Positions 1 to 7,462 of a stretch of 32,000 bases of DNA are shown here, piece by piece (positions within the stretch are counted from its first letter, which is position 1; each line of letters begins with the position of its first letter). A program made the translations under genes and the position numbers. Under the pieces are notes generated by a model. That model was not told the DNA's origin, ran no database searches, and worked only from the letters and a program-made list of their open reading frames with translations. This DNA comes from Sulfolobus acidocaldarius DSM 639 (GTDB lineage Archaea; Thermoproteota; Thermoprotei_A; Sulfolobales; Sulfolobaceae): positions 1,440,001 through 1,472,000 of the forward strand of contig NC_007181.1 in the NCBI RefSeq assembly GCF_000012285.1, given 5' to 3'.

Positions 1-1
1 T

Positions 2-871
2 AAGGTACTATTTCCAAATGGAACGATTAAACAGTACAATGATTCTAGTCTTACAGTAGTGCTAAACAATCAAGCGGCATCAGTATTAGGTTCTGGGCAA
101 ATCTCAGTAACAAATACTCAAGTTTTAAACGTAACCAAGTTAACGGGAAATATAGAGAATGCAATAGTTTACTTATCAGGAAATGTACAGCCTGGTTTTA
201 CATTCTTCACTGGGTATATGAATGGGACATTGCTAAGCAATATCGCAATTCCAATTATAAACGATCTACCCACTGGCCTGGTTTTACCATTAATCACATT
301 GCTCTCAAGTACAATAGACGGACTATCTAATTTAGGAACCCTCTTATCTTCCTTAATAGAAGGAGTATCAGGATTGGGAAATTCTGCAGTGTCTTCTTTA
401 CTACCTCCAATTATAATATCTGCAGAGAAGGTGACGGGTGTTAACATCATCTATTTAGCTGCAGTGACTCCTGAAATAATAACCTTAAAAGGCGTAGTAT
501 ACAATCCTACTTCGCAGTTACTATACATTAATTATACATATATCATGCTTCAGGAATACGATACATTGAGCGGTGTTGGTGGACCAACAACACTAGGGCA
601 AATAGTTGGTATGGTTCAAGTGCCTGTCAATATGTATGTTTACCCTGGTACATATCAAGACATAGATCTGAAGGTAGGGATACCATTGACCTTACCAAAT
701 GTCTTGCTAAATAATTTACTATCAAATAGTGACAATCAAGGACCAGCAACTCTGACCTTGTCTTCAACTTATAGAGTATTAACCATAGAGACTTATACAA
801 ACATGGGGCTCATATCGTCAGGTCAGTTTATATTACCTTCTACTCAGCCACCTGTTTCGCTCCCAGATTAG
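2..871 (+). CDS. 5'-truncated ORF for an N/S/T/L-rich secreted or surface protein (last 289 codons in window)
   Basis: The reading frame is open from base 2. No stop precedes the GTG at 59 used by the ORF track, so the gene probably starts left of the window. Composition matches the downstream cluster, with N-x-S/T sequons (NVT, NGT, NYT) and a hydrophobic LSS/LGN-rich central segment. Confidence 0.55.
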   Translation, partial: KVLFPNGTIKQYNDSSLTVVLNNQAASVLGSGQISVTNTQVLNVTKLTGNIENAIVYLSGNVQPGFTFFTGYMNGTLLSNIAIPIINDLPTGLVLPLITLLSSTIDGLSNLGTLLSSLIEGVSGLGNSAVSSLLPPIIISAEKVTGVNIIYLAAVTPEIITLKGVVYNPTSQLLYINYTYIMLQEYDTLSGVGGPTTLGQIVGMVQVPVNMYVYPGTYQDIDLKVGIPLTLPNVLLNNLLSNSDNQGPATLTLSSTYRVLTIETYTNMGLISSGQFILPSTQPPVSLPD

Positions 872-944
872 TTTTTAAACAAACTATTTTTTCTTTTTCT
901 CCATTCAATGGCTTTCATTCTTCCTCTCTATTCGTCCTCTATAT

Positions 945-1511
945 CTATGGGCTTTGAGGTACAGTTGTATAAGTATATACTATTCTAAACCAATAGTTGT
1001 TTACTTTATATATAATCCACACTACTAAATCTTGGTTACTAGAGACTCCATTATATATTATTGTAAATGGAGAATTAAAGGAGACCGTGTAGACCTGTAG
1101 CTTAGAAGGGGAATAAATTACTGACCCTCCTACGTCATATATACTCCCTGATATAGTGGTGGTGTTAGCTCGTTTATTGTTTGTCAAGTAAACTTGATAA
1201 TTCAGTGAAGAAGTAGACGGTGTAACTACTCCTACACTGGGCTGTAGTGATGCAGGTATTGTAAACGCTACTACCTCAATACTACCGTTAACGCTGGGGT
1301 TATAAACTTCTGCCACTACACTTCCTACAGTGTTATTTATAAGTAGAGGTCCCACAGACAGAGAAGTGGAACCAGCTATTTGGTTAGCTTGTTGCTGTGA
1401 TATTGAAAATACCTCTTTTGGTAAGAAGTAAGCGAATGAGAATGCTAGAAGTGCAATCCCAATACCTACTACAGCAATAATCAGTATTAATTGAGGAATT
1501 ACTGACTCCAT
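945..1511 (-). CDS. 188-aa protein with N-terminal hydrophobic helix and beta-rich sequon-bearing domain (pilin-like architecture); paralog of the N-domain of the 1593..2975 product
   Basis: The N-terminus is MESVIPQLILIIAVVGIGIALLAF. An in-frame stop lies two codons upstream of the ATG, so there is no longer leader. The C-terminal motif IIYNGVSSNQDLVVWIIYKVNNYWFRIVYTY aligns with IIYANVKPGQIIVLWFLLYYNGNWYRLGYGY in the neighbour. An A/T-rich TATA-like element sits about 27 nt upstream on the minus strand. Confidence 0.7.
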   Translation of the reverse strand: MESVIPQLILIIAVVGIGIALLAFSFAYFLPKEVFSISQQQANQIAGSTSLSVGPLLINNTVGSVVAEVYNPSVNGSIEVVAFTIPASLQPSVGVVTPSTSSLNYQVYLTNNKRANTTTISGSIYDVGGSVIYSPSKLQVYTVSFNSPFTIIYNGVSSNQDLVVWIIYKVNNYWFRIVYTYTTVPQSP

Positions 1512-1592
1512 TGTTTAACAACTATAATCGACAATATATAAGTTTTTCAGAGGAATCGAAAGATATAAAACTGTCTTATACAATTTTAGAAT
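1512..1592. promoter_or_regulatory. 81-bp divergent promoter region between the two paralogous genes
   Basis: ATATAAAA at 1563-1570 lies about 27 nt before the GTG at 1593. The minus-strand TTATATAT (within 1531-1541) lies about 27 nt before the ATG at 1511. This spacing is typical of leaderless Sulfolobales transcripts. Confidence 0.45.
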
Positions 1593-2975
1593 GTGCCTAC
1601 TGTAGTAGCTACATTCATATTAGTCGTAGCTGTATTCTTGATATCTATCATAGTCTTCTTCTATTACGCAGGATACTTGGGTTTACTTTCTCCATCAATC
1701 TTAAACCAAGAGTACCTTATAGGTCTATCTAAATCTATACAGATAAGTGTCTCTAGTGTAGCATTTAAAGGTGTCTCACCAAACCTGATTAGCTTTAACG
1801 TTAGCTATTTAATCACAGTTAACTCTCCTACTAAAGTCCTCACAGTTGTCCCCTTTGTGACCTTAAATTCGCCTAGCATATTTTACTCTCAACCATCAAC
1901 AAAACAAAATGCAATAATTGCAAAAGCCAACTCAACAGGATATATTCCCCTTAAAAACTTCAAGATAAACGGACCTGTATATATACCACAACAGAGTATG
2001 CTGTTGGGAAATTTGGTCAATATTTATGCGTATAACGTGTCTTCCAACTCCTCCTACATAATTTACGCGAATGTGAAGCCTGGTCAAATAATAGTCCTTT
2101 GGTTCCTACTATACTATAATGGGAACTGGTACAGACTAGGTTATGGTTATTTGGACCCTAATCCGTCATTAGCTATAAATACTATTTCAGGTACAGGTAA
2201 ATATAAGGTAACTGCTCCACAAGCTCCTCCACCTTTAATAGATGCGAATCAAAAGGGGTTCCAATTTGGCATGTGGTTTTCTCCCATAATAAACTCATCG
2301 ATTCAAGTTCCATTACTTAATATATCATTTAACTCTGTAAGTAGATCTGGAGGCAGCGGTTCTCAGAGAACTACTTATGTGTTAACATTTTATGTGAAGA
2401 ATAGTAATTTGTATGTAGTATCTTATAGTTCATCAGAACCTCAAAAATTTATTACTACTAATATTGCACAGCTTAATGTTAGGCAATATTATTTCCTCAA
2501 TTTTAGTTTTGGGTCTCAAGTTGAGAAGTCTAAGAATGTTATTATAGATTTATACAATTCCACAAGCCTAATAAAAGGAGGAATATTAATTCCCCTTGGT
2601 CAAGGTTCAGCTAACAGTCGCTACTTTAACGTAACTTTTGGATCTACTAAGTACTCTGAGTTTGCGATATTTCAAGCGTTTTTCGTTACTACCCAAGACA
2701 AAACAGCTTTACAAGACCAACAAGTTCCATCGGCGTTCTACAATGTGTCTAATCAGGTTCTAAATAACGGTTATCTCTATAACAACACTCAAGTATTGTA
2801 TTCTATAATCTACAATAGCGAAAATGAACTTTACGCCATAGGATACTGGTATTTTGTAAACCCCTCTTTCCCAATTCCCAAACAAATTTCAGGCTTATTG
2901 TGGTATTGGAACTCTGAAAAACTGCATAACTCAACTATACCTGAGACTTCACCAAATACTTATATTGCAGTATAG
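1593..2975 (+). CDS. 460-aa surface protein: N-terminal hydrophobic helix, pilin-like domain (about aa 1-190), Pro-rich linker, and a roughly 260-aa beta-rich C-terminal domain (possible lectin/jelly-roll)
   Basis: GTG start. An in-frame stop at 1587 leaves no room for a longer N-terminus. The protein begins (M)PTVVATFILVVAVFLISIIVFFYY. The N-domain is paralogous to the 945..1511 product, followed by the linker APQAPPPL. Many N-x-S/T sequons. Confidence 0.75.
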   Translation: MPTVVATFILVVAVFLISIIVFFYYAGYLGLLSPSILNQEYLIGLSKSIQISVSSVAFKGVSPNLISFNVSYLITVNSPTKVLTVVPFVTLNSPSIFYSQPSTKQNAIIAKANSTGYIPLKNFKINGPVYIPQQSMLLGNLVNIYAYNVSSNSSYIIYANVKPGQIIVLWFLLYYNGNWYRLGYGYLDPNPSLAINTISGTGKYKVTAPQAPPPLIDANQKGFQFGMWFSPIINSSIQVPLLNISFNSVSRSGGSGSQRTTYVLTFYVKNSNLYVVSYSSSEPQKFITTNIAQLNVRQYYFLNFSFGSQVEKSKNVIIDLYNSTSLIKGGILIPLGQGSANSRYFNVTFGSTKYSEFAIFQAFFVTTQDKTALQDQQVPSAFYNVSNQVLNNGYLYNNTQVLYSIIYNSENELYAIGYWYFVNPSFPIPKQISGLLWYWNSEKLHNSTIPETSPNTYIAV

Positions 2976-3154
2976 TCAAAATCTTATTGCGAATACATAG
3001 ACCCTGTTTTTAAAGACTTCATATAATTTCCCTCTAATCTAGTTTTGCTTTCAAAAATCTTTAAATAAAGTCAAGGAGTTGAGTAATACTACTTATAGTT
3101 AAATATATTACATTTCCGACCATAAGTGAGTAAAAAGATACATTTATTAAATAG

Positions 3155-3421
3155 ATGTCTATAATAATATGCAGGAGAATGAAAAGAAGGAAATTAAGTA
3201 TTGGTTTATCAATCCCTATAGGTCTCTTGATATTTCTAGTTATATTAGCTTTAGTTCTGGTTCCAGCTATAATTATATTTAATTCTTCTTCCTCATATCT
3301 TTCCCAATCTAACATAGCTAACTCTGGTCAGCAACAACTTAAAGAAAAAGAACAACAGCAAATACTTAGAGGAAATCCTAATATCTTCTATAATTCAACA
3401 AAAAATCCACCCCAACTCTAG
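3155..3421 (+). CDS. N-terminal fragment (signal/anchor helix plus first conserved block) of a frameshift-split surface-protein gene; likely true start is the ATG at 3179
   Basis: MKRRKLSIGLSIPIGLLIFLVILALVLVPAIIIF is followed by SYLSQSN...QQQ...GNPNIFYNST. This aligns with the N-termini of the 4832..6238 and 6235..6705 products. The ORF ends 13 nt after an A6 run. The TATA-like TTTATTAAATA at 3143-3153 is about 29 nt before 3179. Confidence 0.65.
   Translation: MSIIICRRMKRRKLSIGLSIPIGLLIFLVILALVLVPAIIIFNSSSSYLSQSNIANSGQQQLKEKEQQQILRGNPNIFYNSTKNPPQL
3400..3406 (+). promoter_or_regulatory. A-AAA-AAT heptamer in correct X-XXY-YYZ phase at the junction of the two ORF halves (candidate -1 frameshift site, or site of a homopolymer indel)
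   Basis: Zero-frame codons are aca-aaa-aat. The -1 frame is open from 3394 and continues to 4839. The zero frame stops at 3419-3421. Confidence 0.4.
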
Positions 3422-3498
3422 TCTTTATTTATAATAACATACCTGTCCCCTTCAACATCTCCACTGTATATTACTTTAATGGGACAATATGGTTACCT

Positions 3499-4839
3499 GT
3501 GACAAAGAATATAGTTGTAGGGTATAACGTAACACTTCCATTACCAAATTATGTGTTCAATAAACCTCTGCTGATAGTAAGTGCACTATCTAATTTCTAT
3601 TTCCTATATCCTAACACTTCTGTCACAGCAATCAGGGTATCAGGACCTGCAGGTAAAATACCAGTTTACATTACAGCGTTTGCCATAAATGGGTCAAGGT
3701 ATTTACCATTAAACGTTAACATGACACTTGGACAGACAAATCCCTTTACCTCTCCTCAAATATTCTACCTGACACCAGGTACCTATCAGCTGACTGACAA
3801 CAATATTAGAGTGTTTTTACAGCAATACGGTCTAACCGCACAGTTTATGAACTGGTCTTATGTGGGATCAGGTCAGTTAACAAGCGCTACAAACCCGTCT
3901 ACCACGTTCACTGTAACTGGTCCACTCGTGATAACTGCAGTATATAAGACATTTACGCAGACCTATAAAGTGCTCATAGTGCCAAAGAACATACCGCTTG
4001 GGACAAGTTTGAGCTACACTATTACAGGAGATTGTACAGTTTATTATCTAAGCTGTGAAAGCACTACAGTCACTCTGACCTCTCTGAATAATACTATTCC
4101 AGTTTTTGTAGACAATAGATTATATCAAGTCGGACAAAACGGCATAACATTAAGTTTATCTTACGGTTACCACATTATTCAGTTCCCATCAAATTACAAT
4201 ATAACCTTTAACTATACTGGTGGTTATTTCACAAAACCAGTATTAGGTGGTCAAATTACCACATATACATTTCAAAGCCTATCATCTAGTTCTAGCAATA
4301 TATCAGTGCTTGGTAGCACCGAGATATTTCTACAAGGTAGCGGTACAGTTCAGGGTGTGTTTAGTAATAGCTCCACGTATTACTTAGTTACAGTTTACAA
4401 TAATTTTTCATTTCCTGGTAACGTTTATAATTATACTAATAATACACCAGTTTTAGGCGATATAGCGGCACAACTACTAGGCGTAAATGTATCTACTACA
4501 GGTCAAAATATCGTATTGGGTCCAACTCAGAACTATGTACCTGAGAAAATTTATTTTATGGCAAACACTAGTCTTTATATATACATTGACTACTTGCATA
4601 ATATTAATGGTACATTTAATATAAGTTATTATGATTATTATAGTAAAACACAAAATTTTACAGCACTATTATCAAATCCAAATAACGTTACGGTCTACAA
4701 CGTTTCTAGTTATTTAAGTGGACCTGAAATCTATTATTTTAATATAAATCAGTTAAATTATGGGACAATTCAGGTAATATCTCCACTTATAATAATTAAC
4801 AATCAGGTGTGGGAATACGGTGGTGTGGAAAATGGCTAA
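3499..4839 (+). CDS. C-terminal main body (frame open from 3394) of the frameshift-split surface-protein gene; a fused product from 3179 would be about 553 aa
   Basis: The frame is open upstream of the track's GTG back to 3394. The upstream residues STPTLVFIYNNIPVPFNISTVYYFNGTIW continue the alignment with paralogs (LFILYSNGTFVPNAS in E, PTIMVFKQSGNYT in F). The protein is sequon-dense and carries the motif NWSYVGSGQLTSATNPSTTFTVTGPLVITAVYK, also seen in the next gene. Confidence 0.7.
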   Translation: MTKNIVVGYNVTLPLPNYVFNKPLLIVSALSNFYFLYPNTSVTAIRVSGPAGKIPVYITAFAINGSRYLPLNVNMTLGQTNPFTSPQIFYLTPGTYQLTDNNIRVFLQQYGLTAQFMNWSYVGSGQLTSATNPSTTFTVTGPLVITAVYKTFTQTYKVLIVPKNIPLGTSLSYTITGDCTVYYLSCESTTVTLTSLNNTIPVFVDNRLYQVGQNGITLSLSYGYHIIQFPSNYNITFNYTGGYFTKPVLGGQITTYTFQSLSSSSSNISVLGSTEIFLQGSGTVQGVFSNSSTYYLVTVYNNFSFPGNVYNYTNNTPVLGDIAAQLLGVNVSTTGQNIVLGPTQNYVPEKIYFMANTSLYIYIDYLHNINGTFNISYYDYYSKTQNFTALLSNPNNVTVYNVSSYLSGPEIYYFNINQLNYGTIQVISPLIIINNQVWEYGGVENG

Positions 4840-6238
4840 GGCTATATCTGCTCCCATTACTTTTGCCATAATTCTAGTCATTGGCATATTGCTTCTAATT
4901 CCTTTCCTTACGTACGTAACATACTTATCTCAAAGTAACCAGATCTCTCAAGCTCAATTCAATAATTATATCTATCTGAAGAACTTGGAACAACAGAGGG
5001 CAGTATCCGGTAGACCAGGCGTGTACTATAATGGTAGCTCTCTATTTATCCTATATTCCAACGGAACTTTCGTGCCCAATGCGAGTATAGTTGTTGTAGG
5101 AATTCTCTACCTTAACAATTTGGGTGTTTGGCAGAATATAACGAGCCTTAAGTATCCTATAATTCTAAATAGGACTGGTTCAGTTAATCTGCCATCAAAT
5201 GTAGCTGGTAAACCTATAATACTGGTGACTTCACTGGGTAATATATTCTTTTTACAACCTGGGTCAAGTATTGGTCCGTACTCTAACTCCATTGGTAAAG
5301 GTGGAGTAACTATAATATCCCAGATTTACACTTCATCTCAAATATATTCAACCTCAATTAATATTACAACCAACATAAATGGAAAATTTAGCAATTACAC
5401 TACTCCAATAACTTTTCCCAACCAGACAGGGACATTTCAAGTAAAGGCACGAGAGTACATCTACTATATTAACAGTAAGACGGGTAAAGTTATCACGGGA
5501 GTATTTAGTAATTGGCAAATCCTAGGTTCAGCAACAGTAAATAGTACAACAACTCAGGGAATTACAGTTACATTACAAGGGAAGCCTGTCATTTTAATAG
5601 CTAATTATTCCCAGCTAGTCCAGAGTGTAAATCTTTCCATTAAGACTAATGCCAACTTTAGTATAGTGGTTAATATAAATGGTGTGAATTATACGGTAAA
5701 TAATCATGCATTATCAGCTACTGTACCAGCAGGATATGTCAACTTTACAGTTTATACACTGCAGGGAAATGATACTAGTTCAATGAGTAGCGGAATTATT
5801 AAACATTATAAGTTTAACACAATTAATTATACCGGAAATACTTATGTAACTAACTCTCAGCTACTATTCCTTCCCCCTAATTCATTGCCTTATGTGCAAA
5901 TAAACTATGTCAACGACTATAACTATTATAAAGTGTTTCTTTATGACTATTACGACTCCCCACCTCCTCCAGGCGGAGGATTAGTTGTAATTTTAAATGG
6001 TACGGAGTATAATTATAATAATACATATGGATATTGGATAATAGGGGGTAACTATAGTTTTGTTCCTACTGGGATATTTAATGGTTCTATGAGCTACGAA
6101 GCAAAAGAAGTGACTATTGCTGGAAATAACGGGATACTGAACTATTATTTTCCTGACATACCAAGCTACATAATTATTAATCAACCAATGACCATAACAG
6201 TCTACTACGACTATGTGATAAAATGGGTGCCAATATGA
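4832..6238 (+). CDS. 468-aa sequon-dense surface protein with a pilin-type (class III-like) signal peptide
   Basis: MAKA|ISAPITFAIILVIGILLLIPF fits the K/R-G/A|hydrophobic-S/T pattern. A GGTGGTG SD-like motif lies 6-14 nt upstream. There is an 8-nt overlap (ATGGCTAA) with the upstream gene. I hand-counted about 20 N-x-S/T sequons. The track start at 4820 (GTG) is an alternative. Confidence 0.8.
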   Translation: MAKAISAPITFAIILVIGILLLIPFLTYVTYLSQSNQISQAQFNNYIYLKNLEQQRAVSGRPGVYYNGSSLFILYSNGTFVPNASIVVVGILYLNNLGVWQNITSLKYPIILNRTGSVNLPSNVAGKPIILVTSLGNIFFLQPGSSIGPYSNSIGKGGVTIISQIYTSSQIYSTSINITTNINGKFSNYTTPITFPNQTGTFQVKAREYIYYINSKTGKVITGVFSNWQILGSATVNSTTTQGITVTLQGKPVILIANYSQLVQSVNLSIKTNANFSIVVNINGVNYTVNNHALSATVPAGYVNFTVYTLQGNDTSSMSSGIIKHYKFNTINYTGNTYVTNSQLLFLPPNSLPYVQINYVNDYNYYKVFLYDYYDSPPPPGGGLVVILNGTEYNYNNTYGYWIIGGNYSFVPTGIFNGSMSYEAKEVTIAGNNGILNYYFPDIPSYIIINQPMTITVYYDYVIKWVPI

Positions 6239-6705
6239 GGGCGATTTCAGACTATATAGGGTTTGCAATAGCGCTTATCATAATTGTAGTATTGTTAATA
6301 CCACTTTTTCTTGTACTTACAAACTATTCTTCACCCTCAACTCAACAGATCAACTATTATCCTATAATAAGTAATCAGGTTAATGGCGGTGGTGTACCGA
6401 TTTACTATAATGCAACTCCTAAGGGTCCGACTATAATGGTGTTCAAACAAAGCGGAAATTACACATTGTTTGGTGTTTATTGTTTGAGTAACGGTAAAAT
6501 TTACAATATAACCCAATCAGTGGGGGTGATTACTATAAGTCCAAGTGGTAAAGTGACCAATACTGGAAAGTCTCTACCAGTCGCTATGGTATACAACTTT
6601 ACCGTTCCAGCTCAGTACTGGAACTATACTTTGATTTTACAGCTTAAGGCGTATCAGACAACCGTGTATGCAACGTTATATCCTAACACTACAGCCTTGG
6701 TCTAA
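6235..6705 (+). CDS. 156-aa small pilin-like protein with a class III-like signal peptide
   Basis: MRA|ISDYIGFAIALIIIVVLLIPLF. ATGA start/stop overlap with the upstream gene and GGGTG 5 nt upstream. The block GGVPIYYNATPKGPTIMVF is paralogous to D and E. The track start at 6223 is an alternative. Confidence 0.75.
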   Translation: MRAISDYIGFAIALIIIVVLLIPLFLVLTNYSSPSTQQINYYPIISNQVNGGGVPIYYNATPKGPTIMVFKQSGNYTLFGVYCLSNGKIYNITQSVGVITISPSGKVTNTGKSLPVAMVYNFTVPAQYWNYTLILQLKAYQTTVYATLYPNTTALV

Positions 6706-6820
6706 ATTATTAATACTTTTACACGAAAGTTCAATACTTGGTAACAAACAAAGGAAACAAAATACGGGGAGAATTTAAAAAGAAGATTTTTGGCTTTCTT
6801 TACTAACCTTTTATAACCTT

Positions 6821-7354
6821 CTATTTGTATTCAATTAGGTATGTCCCTAGGCTTATACCCCAAACCAGCTCAGGGTACACTATAAGCCTCTCTAAACCTC
6901 CGTTACCTAGAGGTCCATACATTTTTCCTAGATATAGAAACAGTGAAATTAGTGTTATTGCTCCTAATACAGTCCAGAAGTAATTCCTCTTAATTGACGT
7001 TAGTATAGCTGCTAGACCACCGAAGAGGAAAGCTGATAGTGCACCGATAAGGTGGGGTAGACCAGTTGTTTCAGGAAAGAGACCGACTATTAGGGCTCCT
7101 ATTCCGTTCAGCAGAACTAGGTATGAGGCATATGAGAACACTTTTCTCATTAAGATTGACGCTACAATCACCAACACTCCAAGAAGGGCTACTGATACGT
7201 TAAATATTACGGCAGTTCTCCCAACCCCTAGATCACTTATGTAGTTGTTTTTTACTGAGTATCCAGGGTATAGAGCTTCTGCTACTATCATTAGGATTAA
7301 AAATTGGGATGTTCCAATTAAGGCTAAGTAACCTGCAATTTTACTTTCTTTCAT
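6821..7354 (-). CDS. DUF998-like integral membrane protein
   Basis: About 6 predicted TM helices. YSVKNNYISDLG matches the Y-x-ISxLG signature I associate with DUF998. Confidence 0.6.
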   Translation of the reverse strand: MKESKIAGYLALIGTSQFLILMIVAEALYPGYSVKNNYISDLGVGRTAVIFNVSVALLGVLVIVASILMRKVFSYASYLVLLNGIGALIVGLFPETTGLPHLIGALSAFLFGGLAAILTSIKRNYFWTVLGAITLISLFLYLGKMYGPLGNGGLERLIVYPELVWGISLGTYLIEYK

Positions 7355-7462
7355 ACAGTAATTTTCTTTTGTTAGCTTATATAACTGATAAGTAAAATGT
7401 TGGTATAATCATGGTGGATTATTGAAAAAGTATTAATTAGTTTATAAAACACACAGTAATAT

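Noticed and set aside
1511-1732. 73-aa plus-strand ORF spanning the divergent promoter and the start of the 1593 gene.
   Set aside because: It overlaps the promoter region and the better-supported 460-aa ORF in another frame. It has an odd Cys/Ser/Ile composition and no upstream signals.
3061-3315. 84-aa minus-strand ORF opposite the start of the frameshifted gene.
   Set aside because: It is antisense to the signal-helix coding region, whose paralog alignment supports the plus-strand reading. The hydrophobic translation is a mirror artefact of an AT-rich TM-coding segment.
5965-5980. GC-rich hairpin TCCTCC-AGGC-GGAGGA inside the 4832..6238 gene.
   Set aside because: It is a by-product of encoding PPPPGGG, because Pro CCN and Gly GGN codons are mutually complementary. 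No independent support exists for a structural RNA role.
1-6705. Interpreting the surface-protein cluster as an integrated virus or plasmid remnant.
   Set aside because: No integrase, att-like repeats, tRNA target, replication genes or capsid/ATPase genes are visible. This cannot be excluded for sequence left of the window.
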